Of a DNA stretch of 64,000 bases, positions 38,220 through 53,061 are shown in pieces. Each line of letters begins with the position of its first letter. Position 1 is the stretch's first letter. Origin of the DNA: Chrysomallon squamiferum (taxonomy: Eukaryota; Animalia; Mollusca); contig CM022669.1 in NCBI GenBank assembly GCA_012295275.1, positions 2,914,001 to 2,978,000 on the forward strand, written 5' to 3'. The notes beneath the pieces are model-generated. The model was not told where the DNA came from. It was given only the letters and a program-made list of their open reading frames with translations, and did no database searches. Both the position numbers and the translations under genes were made by a program.

Positions 38220-41056
38220 TGTTTAGTTTTTTTTTTCCATTGCTTGTTAGTGCTGTTGTTATTTATTGCTTCTGTTTTGCCTATTTAGCGACTGTTATTA
38301 GCTAAAGGATAAGGAAATAATTTCGCTCGTAGTTAAATTTTTTGAAGTAAATAATAATAACAAATATGAAACAACAAAAACAATAATACTATAACAGAAT
38401 TAAAACAAATTTAATAGAAAAACAAAAACAAACCCAAACAAACAAACAAAAAACAAAACTCCAACAACAACAAAAAATACATTTAATGCGTAATTTATCC
38501 GTCATAAAACAGTATTTTTAGTATCTAAATAACTGAAAATAAGTAATGCAAAAATGTTGCAGATATGTGCTGAATAATAGAATTCCATTAAAAAAGGTTT
38601 AAAACATTAGATTAATTCACCACGTGCGATGGAACAAGAGAGAATTTTCATAAATTAATCATCCATAAAGCTGAACTGTTGGACTGTATTTTGTTCAGTT
38701 TATTAATTTGCGATCATGACGAAATAATGAACTGCAGCTTTAGAACTCGCAGCTCTTTCGTTTTTCTTAGACTGGTGTGAAAGTAACTAAATAAGCAAAC
38801 TGAAATTTCACTGGGGAATTGAAAACCCCAGTGATGTATAGAGACGGACGCTGTAAAACATGAAAGAAGAGGCATCTTTGGAATGTTACATAAATATGTC
38901 AGGCCGTCTCTTTAAACTGAGAATGATTTTTGTCGGAACACAGTGGAAGTGAACTTTGTAGCGCGCGTTAATCAAATCGTGTCGACAGGACATTCATCAA
39001 ACGGCACAAAATGCAATTTGGCTTACACCGACTTGTAGTCATCATCTCAAAAATTGTCCAAATGCTCTTTGTCTTGTACACTAACGACGGATCAAGGAAT
39101 TTTTTTTTTCTGAGATAAGGTCTCGACGGAAAAGCTATCAGTGTGGTAACAGCCCGCCTGACCAGCCACTGATAACTAGCCAAGAAAAAGCTTCTATCAC
39201 CAGCTTACTGTCACCGTTTTGCAGAATCGCACCATTCTCCCAGCCGAGCTACAATTTGTGGCTAATGTTTCTTCAGTCTGCTGAAAGCCTTCTTTCCATA
39301 TTTTGCAGTGTAAATTGCTCGATGATTGTTATTCGTTTAAATTACACAGGTATGTGTTTCTTGTCGCAGATTACAGACAAACCTCTGCGCCTAATCTTAT
39401 AATTAAGGTAATTGGCACGACTTTGATGTGCAGCTATTGAAAAGTCTTTCAAGATTATTCTCTCCTTTTTGTCAACAGATAAAGACTAAATATTTTATTG
39501 ATTGCGACATTTCATGCAAGTCTGTCGATAAAAGTTCTAAAATTCTCCCCATTCACAAAACGTGCGGCTATTATTAAAACATTAAAAGCTTGCTGCCAAA
39601 TGATGCTGTTCTCTTTGTCTTCTGTTAAGACTTGTTCCTTCATGCATGTTCTGGTTTTAAAAAGACGTTTGTATCAGAACCGTGACGAGGTATTTGATAA
39701 AATAAAAAAAAAAGGTCTAGAGTCATGATTACTTTGAGATATCCGCAGATTCCACAATGGTGATCTGGCTCGCAAAAACAAATACTCATTTTATGATTTA
39801 TAACTTCACGTTCCCTCGATGCTCACGTAACTGTAGCAACCACATTCTACTGTTGACTCTAGAACTTCTGAAAATGATTTTAAAATCTTCCCACTAAGAT
39901 CACGAACCAAAACTGTCGTCAGAAGCTCGACTCATCACATGCAAATCTTTTAAAACAATACACTAAGTCTTCTTTCCTTCAGAAATCTAGTTTTTTTTTT
40001 TTTTTTTAAATTAAAAATATATGTTTTGTTTCTGTTTTTGTTTGTTTTTTTTTGTTGTTTTTTACACCTATTTCTTTTTTAATTTCTTTACTTCCTTTTG
40101 TTTTAATTTTTTTATTTGATTTTTATATGAATTTTCAAGTGGTAAATAGGGAACAAATATAATCATTAAACATTATCTTTTCCAAATTTCATATTATATT
40201 GTAAATAAGTAGGATATCTTTCCTTTTTGTCGGATAATTAAAACAATTATTTCTGGTGGTATATCATTTTATTTTTATTTTTAAGATTTCAAATAAGAAT
40301 AAAATCAAAATACCAGATAAATTAATATTATAATTTTACAGTTCCCTGCATATCATTTCACAAACATTAATGAGCAACAGGTCATAACAGATAGTCAGGA
40401 GGCAAGCCAGAAAGAAAGACAGACAGTCAGACAGACAGACAGGCCGATAGAGATAATTAATAATTTTTTCCTAGGTAGAAAGTTTTACCTTGTCGCAAAC
40501 TTCAAAGAAAATACTGTCAAAATAAATACATGTTGAAATCTACCCTTTCCTGCAGTATTACCGTCTTCGATTTTTGGTTCTATATATGTTTTTTTCCAAC
40601 TTTTTTTGCCTTTTATTAACCACAAAAATAACAAACCTGAAAATTACAAGTGACTCCGTGATAATCAAGATACATCAATTTTGTTTGATGATGGCAGACA
40701 ATAGGTATGGAATAAATAAATAAATAACAGGTTGATAACGAAGCTAATAACAGCCCTGTCGGTGCACGGCAGATAATTACATTCATTTGTTAGAAGAAAT
40801 CGTTTCGGGTGCGTCTTTCATCTTGTTATGTTTAGGTGTAGAGAGCGGGGCACCAAGCCGATCTTTTCTGAACTGTCTTAGAGCAGAGAACCAATAATCA
40901 AAACGTTGTCTTCATTATCAGTGTAATCATTTATGACTTCGTCGTTTTCTTCTTTCACTTTGTAGCGACATCATCATCTTCACAGACAATATTTCTGGTT
41001 ATTTTCTACAATATTTTCTACAATAACCATCATCATCTTCCTATCTTCTTCTTGTC

Positions 41057-41290
41057 ACTACTTTTACTACTACTACTTCTACTATGACTACTACTACTAT
41101 AGCTACTTCTACTACTACTACTATTAGTACTATTACAACAACTACTGTTACTACTACTACTAGTTACTACTATTACTACAACTAGTACTGCTAGTACTAC
41201 TATTACTACTACTGTTACTACTACTAATACTACTATTACTACTACTACTGCTATTACTACTATTACTTCTCTTTCTTTACCACTACTACT
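41057..41290. repeat. Imperfect (ACT)n repeat
   Basis: Direct reading. Confidence 0.93.
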
Positions 41291-42430
41291 TCTTTTCTTT
41301 TTCCACTACAGCTTCTGTTTTGTAAGATTGTTTATTTTTTATTGTTGTTATTAATACAACTGTGGCTACTATTACTGCTACTGTTTTTATCATCATCATT
41401 AACACTGATTCCTTCTTGTTGTCTACTTTAATTATCATCGTCAGTTGCTCCTCTTATTCAACAGCTTCTGCTACTATTAAAACATCTACTACCACGACTG
41501 CTGCTCTCACTGATACTATAGCATTATCATTTAGAAATATATTGTAATAATCGGATCACTTAATTATCTGTGATTACCAAAATGATTGCTACAACATTTC
41601 AGATATACAGACAGACATATCAGAAATGTCCCATCCTTAGAGCGAAGTAATCAAATAACACATATATACACAGACACATACTCACAAAGATGCATACATA
41701 CATAGATACATACATACATATATATACATATACACACACACGCACACAAACATATCCACATACATAAATTTTTACATATATTCAGTATATACTGAAGTGC
41801 ATAAAAATCTATGAAAACTACAAAATAGTAACATATGAATGAAAAAAGGAAAATGATTTATGAACTGACTATATAATAGTTATTGGGAAAATAGTTTATA
41901 TAAGTGCAATTCTCTTTATGAGATGGCAATAGACAGCTTCCAGAAAATGATAGCTTAGTCACACGAACCTCAATTTTATCTCTTTTTATAGTAACGATAA
42001 AACTGAAACAGAATGTCCTACCGAGTGCTCTAAAACTGTTATTGTTATTTATTTTGTAACTAAGAAACGTGTTTGGAGCACACATTAAAATTTGTCTGAA
42101 AAAAGGATTTATGAAATGGATAGAAGCATGGCTACTCTGCTTATATTTGAAAACGTATCTTAATCTCACAAGATTTTAAATATTTCTACCTCGTTTCATT
42201 GCCAGTACAAGGCATTAATTAGTTGAAGTGCTTTAATTTAGATATTAATTACAAAATTATCATTGTTTCAGTAGATGGTATGTTGCAGAGAGTAACCATG
42301 ATATATGTGTATCTGTCTGTATGCCTTTTTGTATGAGTATATGCAACTTAGAAATGTTTTGAAACAGGTTCGTTTTGTGACTATTATATAACTTTTTTGT
42401 AAAATAATTGTTTCTATTAGTAAGGATACC

Positions 42431-42536
<106 letters not shown>

Positions 42537-43122
42537 AGCTTTATTTTAGATTTGTAATTTCCTCTTCCTATCGAATACCGCCTATGTCTTTCTTGACATG
42601 CATCTGAATCAAACGAGAAGACTGCAGCTATCCCCGACATGAAATCTCGCGAGCTTTTGTCTTTTAGCAAGGGATTAGACTCATATTAGAAAACTGACAA
42701 AAATTATTGCAGCTGTCAATTTGAAAATATTAGTCTGACTTAAAAAAACGGAAATCATAATTTGATCAAATTTCCCAGAAGTTTCGCCATCTTATTAACT
42801 GTTCTGACTTGGATGATTCGCTCTATCAAACAGTTATTTCACGAAAAACAATCAAAGTTTCGTTATTGGCAATAACAGGGGTCTCTTATAATCTCAAAGA
42901 AGATTTTGATTATGAAACAAAAAAATTATACTGTCTTGCTTAATTTCCTGTTTTAAACTATAATTTCATTTTTTAAGACAGCAGATTTCAATTTAAATTC
43001 ATATCTGAAAGTTCAACTACTCTCTTCATTTTAAGGAAAGATTTGTAGCAACAAATTTAAAGATTTTTTATTTTATTATTATTATTATTTTTAAATTACT
43101 TTTAAACAACATTTTGGCTTAC

Positions 43123-43165
43123 CTGTGTATATGAATATGCTTAACAGCATTGTTGCATGGTACAT
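43123..43165 (-). CDS. Lachesin/DIP-like Ig gene, coding exon 1 (signal peptide MYHATMLLSIFIYT + phase-1 G)
   Basis: ATG at 43165 with an in-frame TGA just upstream. Donor is CAG|GTAAGC. The phase-1 G joins exon 2 to give MYHATMLLSIFIYTAFA-ELAPKF, a hydrophobic core with an A-X-A signal peptidase motif. The intervening intron is about 10.3 kb. Confidence 0.72.
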
Positions 43166-43194
43166 ATCGTCGTCTGGTACAAGTCACGTAATGA

Positions 43195-43272
43195 TTATTT
43201 TAAAAACACTTTCAGGTATTCCGTAGCAACGTCTTGTCTGACGTCGTGTTCAAAATCCTGACCTCTTGACAT
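43195..43272 (-). promoter_or_regulatory. Candidate uORF (MSRGQDFEHDVRQDVATEYLKVFLK-stop) in the presumed 5'UTR
   Basis: ATG at 43272 to TAA at 43195, ending about 30 nt before the main ATG. It only applies if transcription starts upstream of it. Confidence 0.3.
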
Positions 43273-44584
43273 CGTTGTATTTCGTAGACTCACATCGTTT
43301 TCACGCGCACGCTTTTCTGATGTTCCTGTCGCTACGAATGTTCGTCTCTATCGCGCTGCTCGTGGTCTGCTTGATTTCCGATTGTCCCGCCACGTATTCA
43401 AGAAATCTGATTGACCACCAAGTGGCATCTTTGAACACCTAGCGGGAAAGATCTCGTGCTGTGTAGGCGCGATCTATCACATTTTCCCATACTTTCTCCA
43501 CAGACGTCCATCGATTTAAGGCGGGGTTCAAGATAACTTGTTAGTTGCGCTTTGGTCTTTCGTGTTATTGATGGTCAAGGGGTTTGGGGGATTCCGTATC
43601 GGTATAATGCTGATTTTTTTTCTTCTTAAATGACCACATTATTCTTGTTATGACATTTATTTATTTTATTGTTATGATTTCTTTTTCTTTGCAGTTGGAA
43701 TTGGTCTGTAAAAACTGAATTTATTTTCAGAATAAGATTGAGCTGAAGATTTTTTTCTTTTTACAAAAGTTATTGAGAATATAGATAATCTGAAGTTTCA
43801 ACTTTAAATTTTTTTCTTTAATATACACATAAGAATTGCTACCATTAATGGAGATATGAAAGAAAAATTAATTTATATAATTAAAATTATAAATATCAGT
43901 TATAATTTATCTCGTCGATGAACGTAAAAGTAAACTGATATGGAAGGATGTGGAAATCTAAAATAATTAATTATAATAACTGTATGATCAGGCAGATAAA
44001 TGTAGTGTATTTGAATCTTGATCATACCCATTATCAAACTGTTTTAAAAAGTATCTAACATAAGCTAATTGTTTTTTTAGTTTTGAATCTTTCAAACACC
44101 TGCATTTAGCAAGCGACGAAATAACTTTTGTTTGTAGTTTGATGTTGTTGTTGTTAGCATGTTAGAGATAATGATGATGATGACGACGATAACGACTTTC
44201 TATTTCGGATCATAGTTAATTTGCTATTTTAGTCTGAATTTTGTGTTATTATTGTTATACATATATATCTGGTTCATTTTGTTGTCATTGTTGCTGTTAA
44301 TATTCTTCTTGTATTTCGTATCATCATCATCGCATTATTGCTTTTCCTTTCAATATAAAATACCTTTTTTTTTTTACTTATTGCTACTGTGGTGATGTTA
44401 TTGTTTTGTTGTTTTTGTTATTTATAATAATGGTACTACTACTACAATTTCTACTACTGCTTCAACTAATAGCAATAGTTGTAGAAATAATAATAATAAT
44501 AAAACGTTGCTATTGTCGTTATTGTCGTTATAATTATATATCATCATCATCATCATTATTATTATTGCTATTATTATTATTTTG

Positions 44585-44623
<39 letters not shown>

Positions 44624-47600
44624 CATTGCTTATATTTCCTTATCTTTATTTCCTTGTCTTTTTTCTTTTTTTTTCTTTGTCTTTTCGTTTTCTATTTTTT
44701 TTTCTCATTTTCATTTTCATATTTATTTTTCAATTACTTTAAATTCTTGGTTCTATGCTACATGAGAATAACTAGTGAAAGTACTTATCTTTTATAAAAA
44801 CTGATTTATGAACTTTTGTATAAGCTTAAATTATACTGACTTAAAAGTATCCAAAACTGAAATAATAACATTATATTATTAACTTAAAAAACAATTTCTG
44901 ATACGACAGTTATAATACGGAATTTACTTTATCAGTTTTATAGTGCAAAGTTAATGGAAAGTTTCCATGTTATCCCCAAAGCAATATACATATATAAACC
45001 TTTGTTCTTGACAAATGTAATAATAAAAACAAGTTTTCGTAAATAATTGTGTATTTTAGTATGGCGACGTTTTGTTTACTAGTAAACTCCTATGCCATTA
45101 TTAACGATCAGATCGTGTATTTCACGTATTATTATTAAATTATTTTTTTTACACATTTTCAAGGTCTGCATCGTCTACGACTGTCAGCTGTTAGTAAGAA
45201 TCTACGCGATCCCATTTCTTCTCAGTCTTTATCAATGGTTACCTAAGTTGTAGATTGACTTTATTTGAAATACTAGTTAAAAAAAAAAAAAAACAACAAA
45301 AAAAACCCAACAAAAAACAACGAAAGACTAAATCTTACTGAAGAAAAAAAAAAGGCATCAGTAATCGAAATTTATTTTATTACATTACATACGCTGGATG
45401 ACGGAGAGCAAATAATGATTTTTTTAAGCTGATTTAAAATATAAATTTAATGATATTTCCATTAAAAAATAATAATAATAAAAAAAAAAATAATAATAAA
45501 AAAATTTTTAAAAAATAATAAAATAGAAAAAAATTCTTAAAAAATGACAGAACCTCAACAGCTTACTACTCAAAAACAGAATAAAGTTACAGGACAGCTT
45601 TTACGAGAATACTTTTAAAAGTAGTGGATGTGCCTCGTGAATAAACAAATATGTCGGATAAATACAATAAAGGAAAGCTTTTATCAATTTCTCACCCACA
45701 GAACGATGTAACATCAATATTTTAGCACGGAAAATTGAAAAGTCACACCTCGGTGTGCTGAATATGATGCGAGGTGAGACGCGCTTTTCAGACCCGCTGA
45801 GCGCCGCCTGGCGTCTACTCCCAGGAGTGTCAGGCCGTAAGTGAACATATTAGTTCAGCTGAAAATAAAATTGTTTTAATCTTTCGCTGCGACAAATCCA
45901 CAGAAAGCAAGTCTAATTTCAGTGCTTACTAAATTATAGGAGTATCCAATCTCTTAAAAAGAAACATTTTTGATTTATTTTTGTTTTGAAGTACGGCTGT
46001 AAAAAGATCGTTTTAATTAAACATGTATAAAACTGATTATAATTTTATGACTCTTGTGGGTTTTTTCTTATTAAGCGAGTTTCCGGTTTTGCAAAATCCG
46101 CTGTTAAAAGATAAAGTTTTAATTAAACAGCTAACAAACTAAGTTATAAATTTATTATTCCTTTTTTGTTTAGTTTTGTAAGTGAATCATTCAGTTACAG
46201 TGCTGAAACTAATGTGGTCATGGTTATCAAAATATGATTCGTTTATTACACACGCATTTTTGAGTTTGTTTTATTCTTGCCTAACAGTAACTCTGTTTTC
46301 TTTAAAATTCAGTCAGTGTTAGCCAATAAAAAAGCAAATGCTTATGTTAAAAAAAAAAAAAAAAACAAACAAAAAAACTGCAAGAGAAATTACCAGACGA
46401 AGCTAAGTCTTCCGCTTGTAGCCTACATTTCTTTTCCACTTAGCTTTTTCAGATCTGATGGCGATTAAATACGTCATAAAATTCCACCATCTTACAAAAC
46501 TGGCTTCTTCATTTAAATAGCTCAGCATGTGCTACTCATGATAGGTATTAAATAATAACTTTAGTTTTTAGACAAAACTTTTTAATGTTTCTGACGTTGG
46601 TGTTATTTATTTATCGATTTATTGCCTCATATAAAAACCTTGTTCTTCCGTTAATTAATTAACTGACTAGTTGTTAGTGTATATTTATTTAATTACTTTT
46701 TTACTTAGTTAGTTAGTTAGTTAGTTAGTAATTTAATTCTTAATATACCAACATTCCAAAAGATGTGAGATTGTTTACTGGTTGGTTAGTTGACCTGTTG
46801 CTTGCCAGTTTACATCGTTCATTCATTCTTCATTCATTCATTCTTCATTCATTCATTCATTCATTCATTTTTCATTCATTCATCCTTCTTTCATTCTTCT
46901 TTCATTCTTCATTAATTCATTCTTCTTTTCGCTTCTTTCAGTAATTTATCCCACTGGGGTTATTGCCACTGGACTCGATTAACAATCACGGCTGTATTTA
47001 CCAGACTGAGTATGGTAAAAATATTTCGTTAGCTAAGTCACCAGGACGTGTGGACGGAGGAAACGACGCTTGACATCACTGCTTTCCAAACTGCGTCTAA
47101 TGGCGAGCCAACACAGGAAGACCTTAATCTCATTAGATACACTTTAAGTAAAAAAATCAATACACATCTAGAGGAGTTAACCACTTTTTCAAATTCCAAA
47201 GCTGTGCTTTCAAAAGTCCTGTGGTAATTTTCTCGCTCTTCGTAAATACACTTCATCAAATCGAGAAAAGACCTTCTTGTGACAAGTCACTTCTCAATGC
47301 GGTGATGATAACACGGGTTTTCTACCACTGAAAGCCGTCGTGGCCTTTGGCACTGACGTCTCTTCATTAGCCCCATTTATTCACTCGTACTTAGCAGAGG
47401 AAGACGTCCCCGTTATTTCACAGTGTTACCTAGGGGACGAGTGCTGTAAGACACACCCAGAAATCAACTCAGTACAAGATGCTTTCAGTGAAAGACGCCA
47501 GTCGCAACACTCAAACCCTTCTCTAAATAATGTCAACAGATGATGATTTCTTTTTTAACTAATGATAATTTTTGCTAACGACAGTTTTTATCAAAATGAT

Positions 47601-48737
47601 GACTTTTATTAACAACAATTTTTTTCAAAATTTACCCTTTTTATTAAGGACAATTGTATGAAAGTTTAAGATAGTTTGTCTTGTATAAAAACTCACATAG
47701 TGGATTCGTGAAAAGGCTGGATCGCTTTAGAGCAGAATACACAGGATAATCACTTCACTTAGAGTAAATATAAATAAAATTATTTTATTATGTTTGCTAT
47801 TCTAACTATTGACATACACTTCAAACAGAGAACAACAACAACAACAACAACAACAACAAAAAATAAAAATAAATATCCCGGTTAGGTGTATAGAAAATTA
47901 GAAAATATTTGTTTTCTTTTTGGATTCCAGCTTTCGCAAAATGTGATAAAACATTTAAGAATAATTTCATTATAATAAAGATATCACTTTATAAAAAAAA
48001 AAAAAAAAAAATAAATAAATAGATATAATATAATGTAATAATAATAATAATAAGAAGAAGAAGAATAACAGCACAACAACAATAATAAAAAAATAAAAAA
48101 TTAAATAAATAAACAAACAAATAAATAAATAAATAAACAAACAAACAAATAAATAAATAAATAAACAAACAAACAAACAAACAAACAAACAAACAAACAA
48201 ACAAACAAACAAATAAATAAATAAATAAAATTACGAAAGGTGCGCGTCACGTGTATGTGCTCTGTTCTCAGAGGAAACTGATCTGGAGGATTTTGTCTTG
48301 CATCCAGCTGAAGGTATTTGTGTTGTGAGTGACAGATAAATTGGAACTGTCAACAGAAAGCTGAAATAATTTTCGCCGCCGCTAAACACGCAACATAACA
48401 GAAGTCACAGAAAATGCTTAGGTCAGACCGCTCTTTATCTAACAGCTTAGACATGTTTATCATACAGACACACTGTAATCTGAAAAATAAACACCGTGTA
48501 AGTGTGGAGTCTTATGTTAAACGATACATATCAACAAGTTAGTGTAAACGTGTGAAATTAATACAAGAAATGAAGACGCGAGGCTCATGATACAGGCATC
48601 GAAACACAGCGTTATTCGAATCTTTTTTGTGAAGACTGCAATAAAGTGAAATCAATTTTTATATAAACTGCTTTACGCTTTAATGTTTCATATTTAATTA
48701 CAATTTTAAGTCTTAATGTCAAAAAATAAATAAATAA

Positions 48738-48778
<41 letters not shown>

Positions 48779-51700
48779 TATTATTATTATTATTATAAAT
48801 AAATATTTAAAAAAATATAATAATAATAATAATAGTAATAATAATGAAAATCTAGTTTTCTTTTATGCCAACATGACGTTGTTACTGTTTTGTTTTCACG
48901 TACTTTCTCTTATTCGTTTTCCTTTTTTTCTCTCTAAGTAAAATTTTACAGTGTTATTTTTCTTGTGTTGAAACAGCGTTAGAAAAAACTAAATAAAAAT
49001 AAAACTTAAAATTAAACATTATTCTTGTAATTACTGAGGATTTGAGAAAATGAATTTAACAAGTCGATAGATAAAGCTAGACATTTCTTTAGAAAAAACA
49101 AAAACGAAACAACTCTGCTACTGTTCTCCAGAGACTGGCGATCAGATGTGTGACTTTGAGATTACGAGGGAACATGTATCAACAAGCTTAAGCCTCGCAG
49201 CCAAATAACATTTTTCACCCGAAACCAAACAGTGCAGAATCTTTTATGACAGTTGAAAAAGCTGCGATGTGAGTTATTGGGTTAAGCGGCAGAAACAAAA
49301 ATGTTGCGTTACGGATTTCCAATACATCGGAGGAAATTGCGTCAGTGAAATTACATGCTGTATTAGCTGCGTCGCTTTCTCAGCCGGGCGGTCTGGGCGC
49401 TGACTTTCCTCTGCATGTTTTATTAAGATTCCTTCACAACTTCACAGCTTAAACTCTGAAAACACAAACCCATTTGCTGGTATGGTTGGACGTTGTACAA
49501 ACATTAAGAACATTCGACTGCTGGAGAAGTTTGAACTTGGGTTTCTGTATGTGTTGGTTAACATATACGTGTCTTACTGAAATATCCCCCCCTCCAAAAG
49601 TTAGCCGGAGCCATTTATAAGAGAGTGAGAGGTTTATTTTAGTTTGTGTGCAAAGGCGTGCGAAGTGAAGATGCAAAGGTGGTAGTAGTAAATATATTCT
49701 TCAGTCAAATGTGTTAATTACACAAACACACACACACAGTCACGCACATACGTCAATTAACATAGATGTAAGTTTTATAAACAGTAACTTTTTTTAATTT
49801 TTTTTTTTACTAATTTCAGTTTACATATAGAGATTTATATCTGATCATGTGTCAGCATGTTTTGCTAGCATGTTAATAACGAAACTGCATTTGTGAAATC
49901 TAGGTTATTTTTCTGTTTCAGAACAAAGAAACCGTTCATTTATTTGGAATTTTCACGTCTTAGCTTTGTTTTCTGAAGATCGAGATCAATTGGACGCTGA
50001 CTTCGCTTGACCCCGGGCAGTTCGTGGTATTAGAAACGTCCAAGACGGCACAGAACGTCCAACAAAATGTTGCTATCACCGTCACTGCGACGTCCCTTTG
50101 ACTGCAATCGCTTTAAAACTGACCTTTCAGAACTGTTCCAGTAATTGTGCTGTTCCTGTGTCAAACTGTTTCCAAACCCGAGCAGAAAGATCGCAGGGTT
50201 TGAGGAGTTGCCAGCCATTTTTATACGTTCCAATTACAGTGTATGAAGATTAGCAATAATGTTATGCTCACAAAGCAGAAAACTCGAGCTATGTGAATTT
50301 GCTGTAAAGTATTCTGTATGATACAAAACAAAGTGCATTCATAGAACAGGATTAACCAATAAATATTAAGCCTAATATATAATTAAGTAATAACTAAATA
50401 TATTTTTTGCAGATATCATATATGTATTATAACCAGTGAAAAGAAACAGCATAAGCAAACAATCATCTATATTATGTTAAAATATATGAAACGACAGTAA
50501 AATATATTTTTATGTTATGAATGTCCAGTACATTACTAAGTGTATTTGAAAAAATACAATTTAAATCTAACAAATAAATGGTGTGTATATCAGAACGCAA
50601 TGCTTGAATATGAAATAGTTACGAAACAGTAAAGTAAAAAAAAAAAAGGATTAATAATAATAAATTTTCTTATTCTGGTGAACAAAATCCATTATTTTCC
50701 TTGCCGTAAATTTTTCCTGATTTTTATGGTTCATTAAATATCATAAACGTTATTTTTAAAACAAGTTAACATTTTGTCAATATTAAATTTGATAAAAAGC
50801 TATTATATTTCATTATCAAGCCTCTAAGAAAATAAAAAGCAAAAGTTTTATTGATGAAACAGCAACATTGTCTAGGTAATATATTACAAACTACATAAAA
50901 TGATGGCAAAATATAATAAATGATAATAAAATAAAATTAAAATAAATGACAAAATGGACATAAGGGCAAGGTGGGGAAAAATTAAGTTTGAAAATCTCTA
51001 ACAAGAAAATGTTAACGAATCTTGATTATAGGAAAATTATTTTGAGGATTTTCCAACAGTTTATCATAATTATAGGAAAATTATTTAGTAAAGGAAATAG
51101 AGCAGATTATCGATCTTCATTAAAAGAAAATTAATTTTAAAAACAATAAATAAATAAAGTTTATTATATTTTATAACACCAGCATTATTCCTAAAACAAA
51201 TATTTAATTATTATATTTATTATATTTAATTATCTAAAAACCGTTCTCCATAATATATGGTACATTTAAAAAAAAAAAATTATGAAAAACAAACTGTATG
51301 GTTGCACAAAATATTCACCAAAAGCAAACAGTACTGTAACAAAACGAATTCTCTAACACAGATGGCAGTGTTACGAAGATATTCTCTAAAACAAATAGTA
51401 GTGTTTCTTATAAAATACGTTATGTTTTTTGTTAAGGAAGACGTGAACGATTTTTCAGCACGGTGTGCGAAGAGCCGAGCTCTCTATTGATTCCTGTGAT
51501 TATCTTCCTTTAGCCCGCTAATTACTGTGATTTCTGCGATCATTCTAAAGACAGAAGGGTTTTGTCACGTTCATTAGAAAAGCATGCAAGCCGAATATCG
51601 AGAAAAATATTTATCATTCAGAGGAACATTTCATGTTTATTACGCTAACCCTGGATGTCAGAATTAGTTAGAAAAACAGTCTCCTAGCAACGGTTAATTT

Positions 51701-52632
51701 TTTTCTATCACTTTTTATCGAATGTTCTTACTTTATTTGTTTCATGAACATATCTTTGAAATGAATATTAAATATATATTTTTTTTTCTTTATGAATGCT
51801 GTAATGTTATAAGAAAATATATAATGTTTAAAACTTTAAAATAACTGTTGATTACATTAACTAGAAAAATATAATATTTTAATATTAACGTTTCATAGAA
51901 AATTAACAAAAGAATCATAAATTTGTATATTAAGGAATAATGAGAAAATTAAAATAAATATAATTCTGTGGATTTAAACACTTTTTGCTGCATGTCTGGG
52001 AAGAAGCAAATATCTGACAATAGGATGTTTTACTCTTCCAGTTTTTTCCTTATCAGTACAATAAAACATATTTTCTACCAAGGAAACTTTACTGATTTCA
52101 TAAAAAAATAAAAGGAAACAAACGAACAATAACAATAATAATTATATTTGAAAATCACCAGAAGCGATAATATTAAAACAATAAAAAAAAAAAAAAACAA
52201 ATCAATAAAAACAATAAAAACAATACAAAAAAAACAAGAAAAAAAAAAAAAAATAAAAAAAACGTGGAAGACAACAAACACTCAAAAAAAAATCATGAAC
52301 AGTAAAATTAAAAAAAAATGTACTAACTGATTAATTAACTAACTAACTAAATAAATAAATGCTGAACAAATAAATAACTTCATTTACATTATTCAACTAA
52401 ATAAATAAAAGTAAAACCCTATTAAAGCAAATGTTTTATAGCCTGTGTAAAAATGAATTTCAGTGTTACAAATACTCAGGTGTTTAAAGAAAACTTTTGT
52501 TACGTTTTTACTACTTTAGAGTTTGACACGAGACTAATTACATAAATAAAACAAAAAACTTCTCTACAGCGATTATTTATTATCTGTCCCGTGTGAAATA
52601 TTAACATTTAGATTATTCTATTTGTTACCTTT

Positions 52633-52789
<157 letters not shown>

Positions 52790-52944
52790 AAACTATTTAT
52801 TTATCGCTTTTTTCTGTCTGACCATCTGTCCTTATAGGGTCATTGGTTGATTTCTCTTATACTCGTCTCAAATAATCTATACAGTACGGATAGACGTTTT
52901 GTAGTTATAAGTAGGTAGACAATGTTTTCGTTATTGCTATTGCA

Positions 52945-53061
52945 CCCAGCCCGTGAAAATTCTCGAAGTCGGTGGTATGTGTTCTTCTGTATATGGGAAG
53001 GTGCATATAAAACATTTCTTCTACTAATCAGAAAGTACAGCCTGTGGTGTGACAGATTTTC
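52945..53061 (+). mobile_element. Degenerate SINE relic, Meta-domain-like
   Basis: gtggtatgtgttcttctgtatatgggaaggtgcatataaaacatttcttctactaatcagaaag resembles the recalled Meta core (GGTATGTG.TATCCTGTCTGTGGGATGGTGCATATAAAAGATCCCTTGCTGCTAATC). There is a second copy at 10175-10320. Confidence 0.65.

Noticed and set aside
47030-47545. Open frames of 60-70 codons in a GC-richer island (e.g. HQDVWTEETTLDITAFQ...)
   Set aside because: No recognisable motif and no convincing acceptor/donor pair; kept only as a candidate non-coding island.
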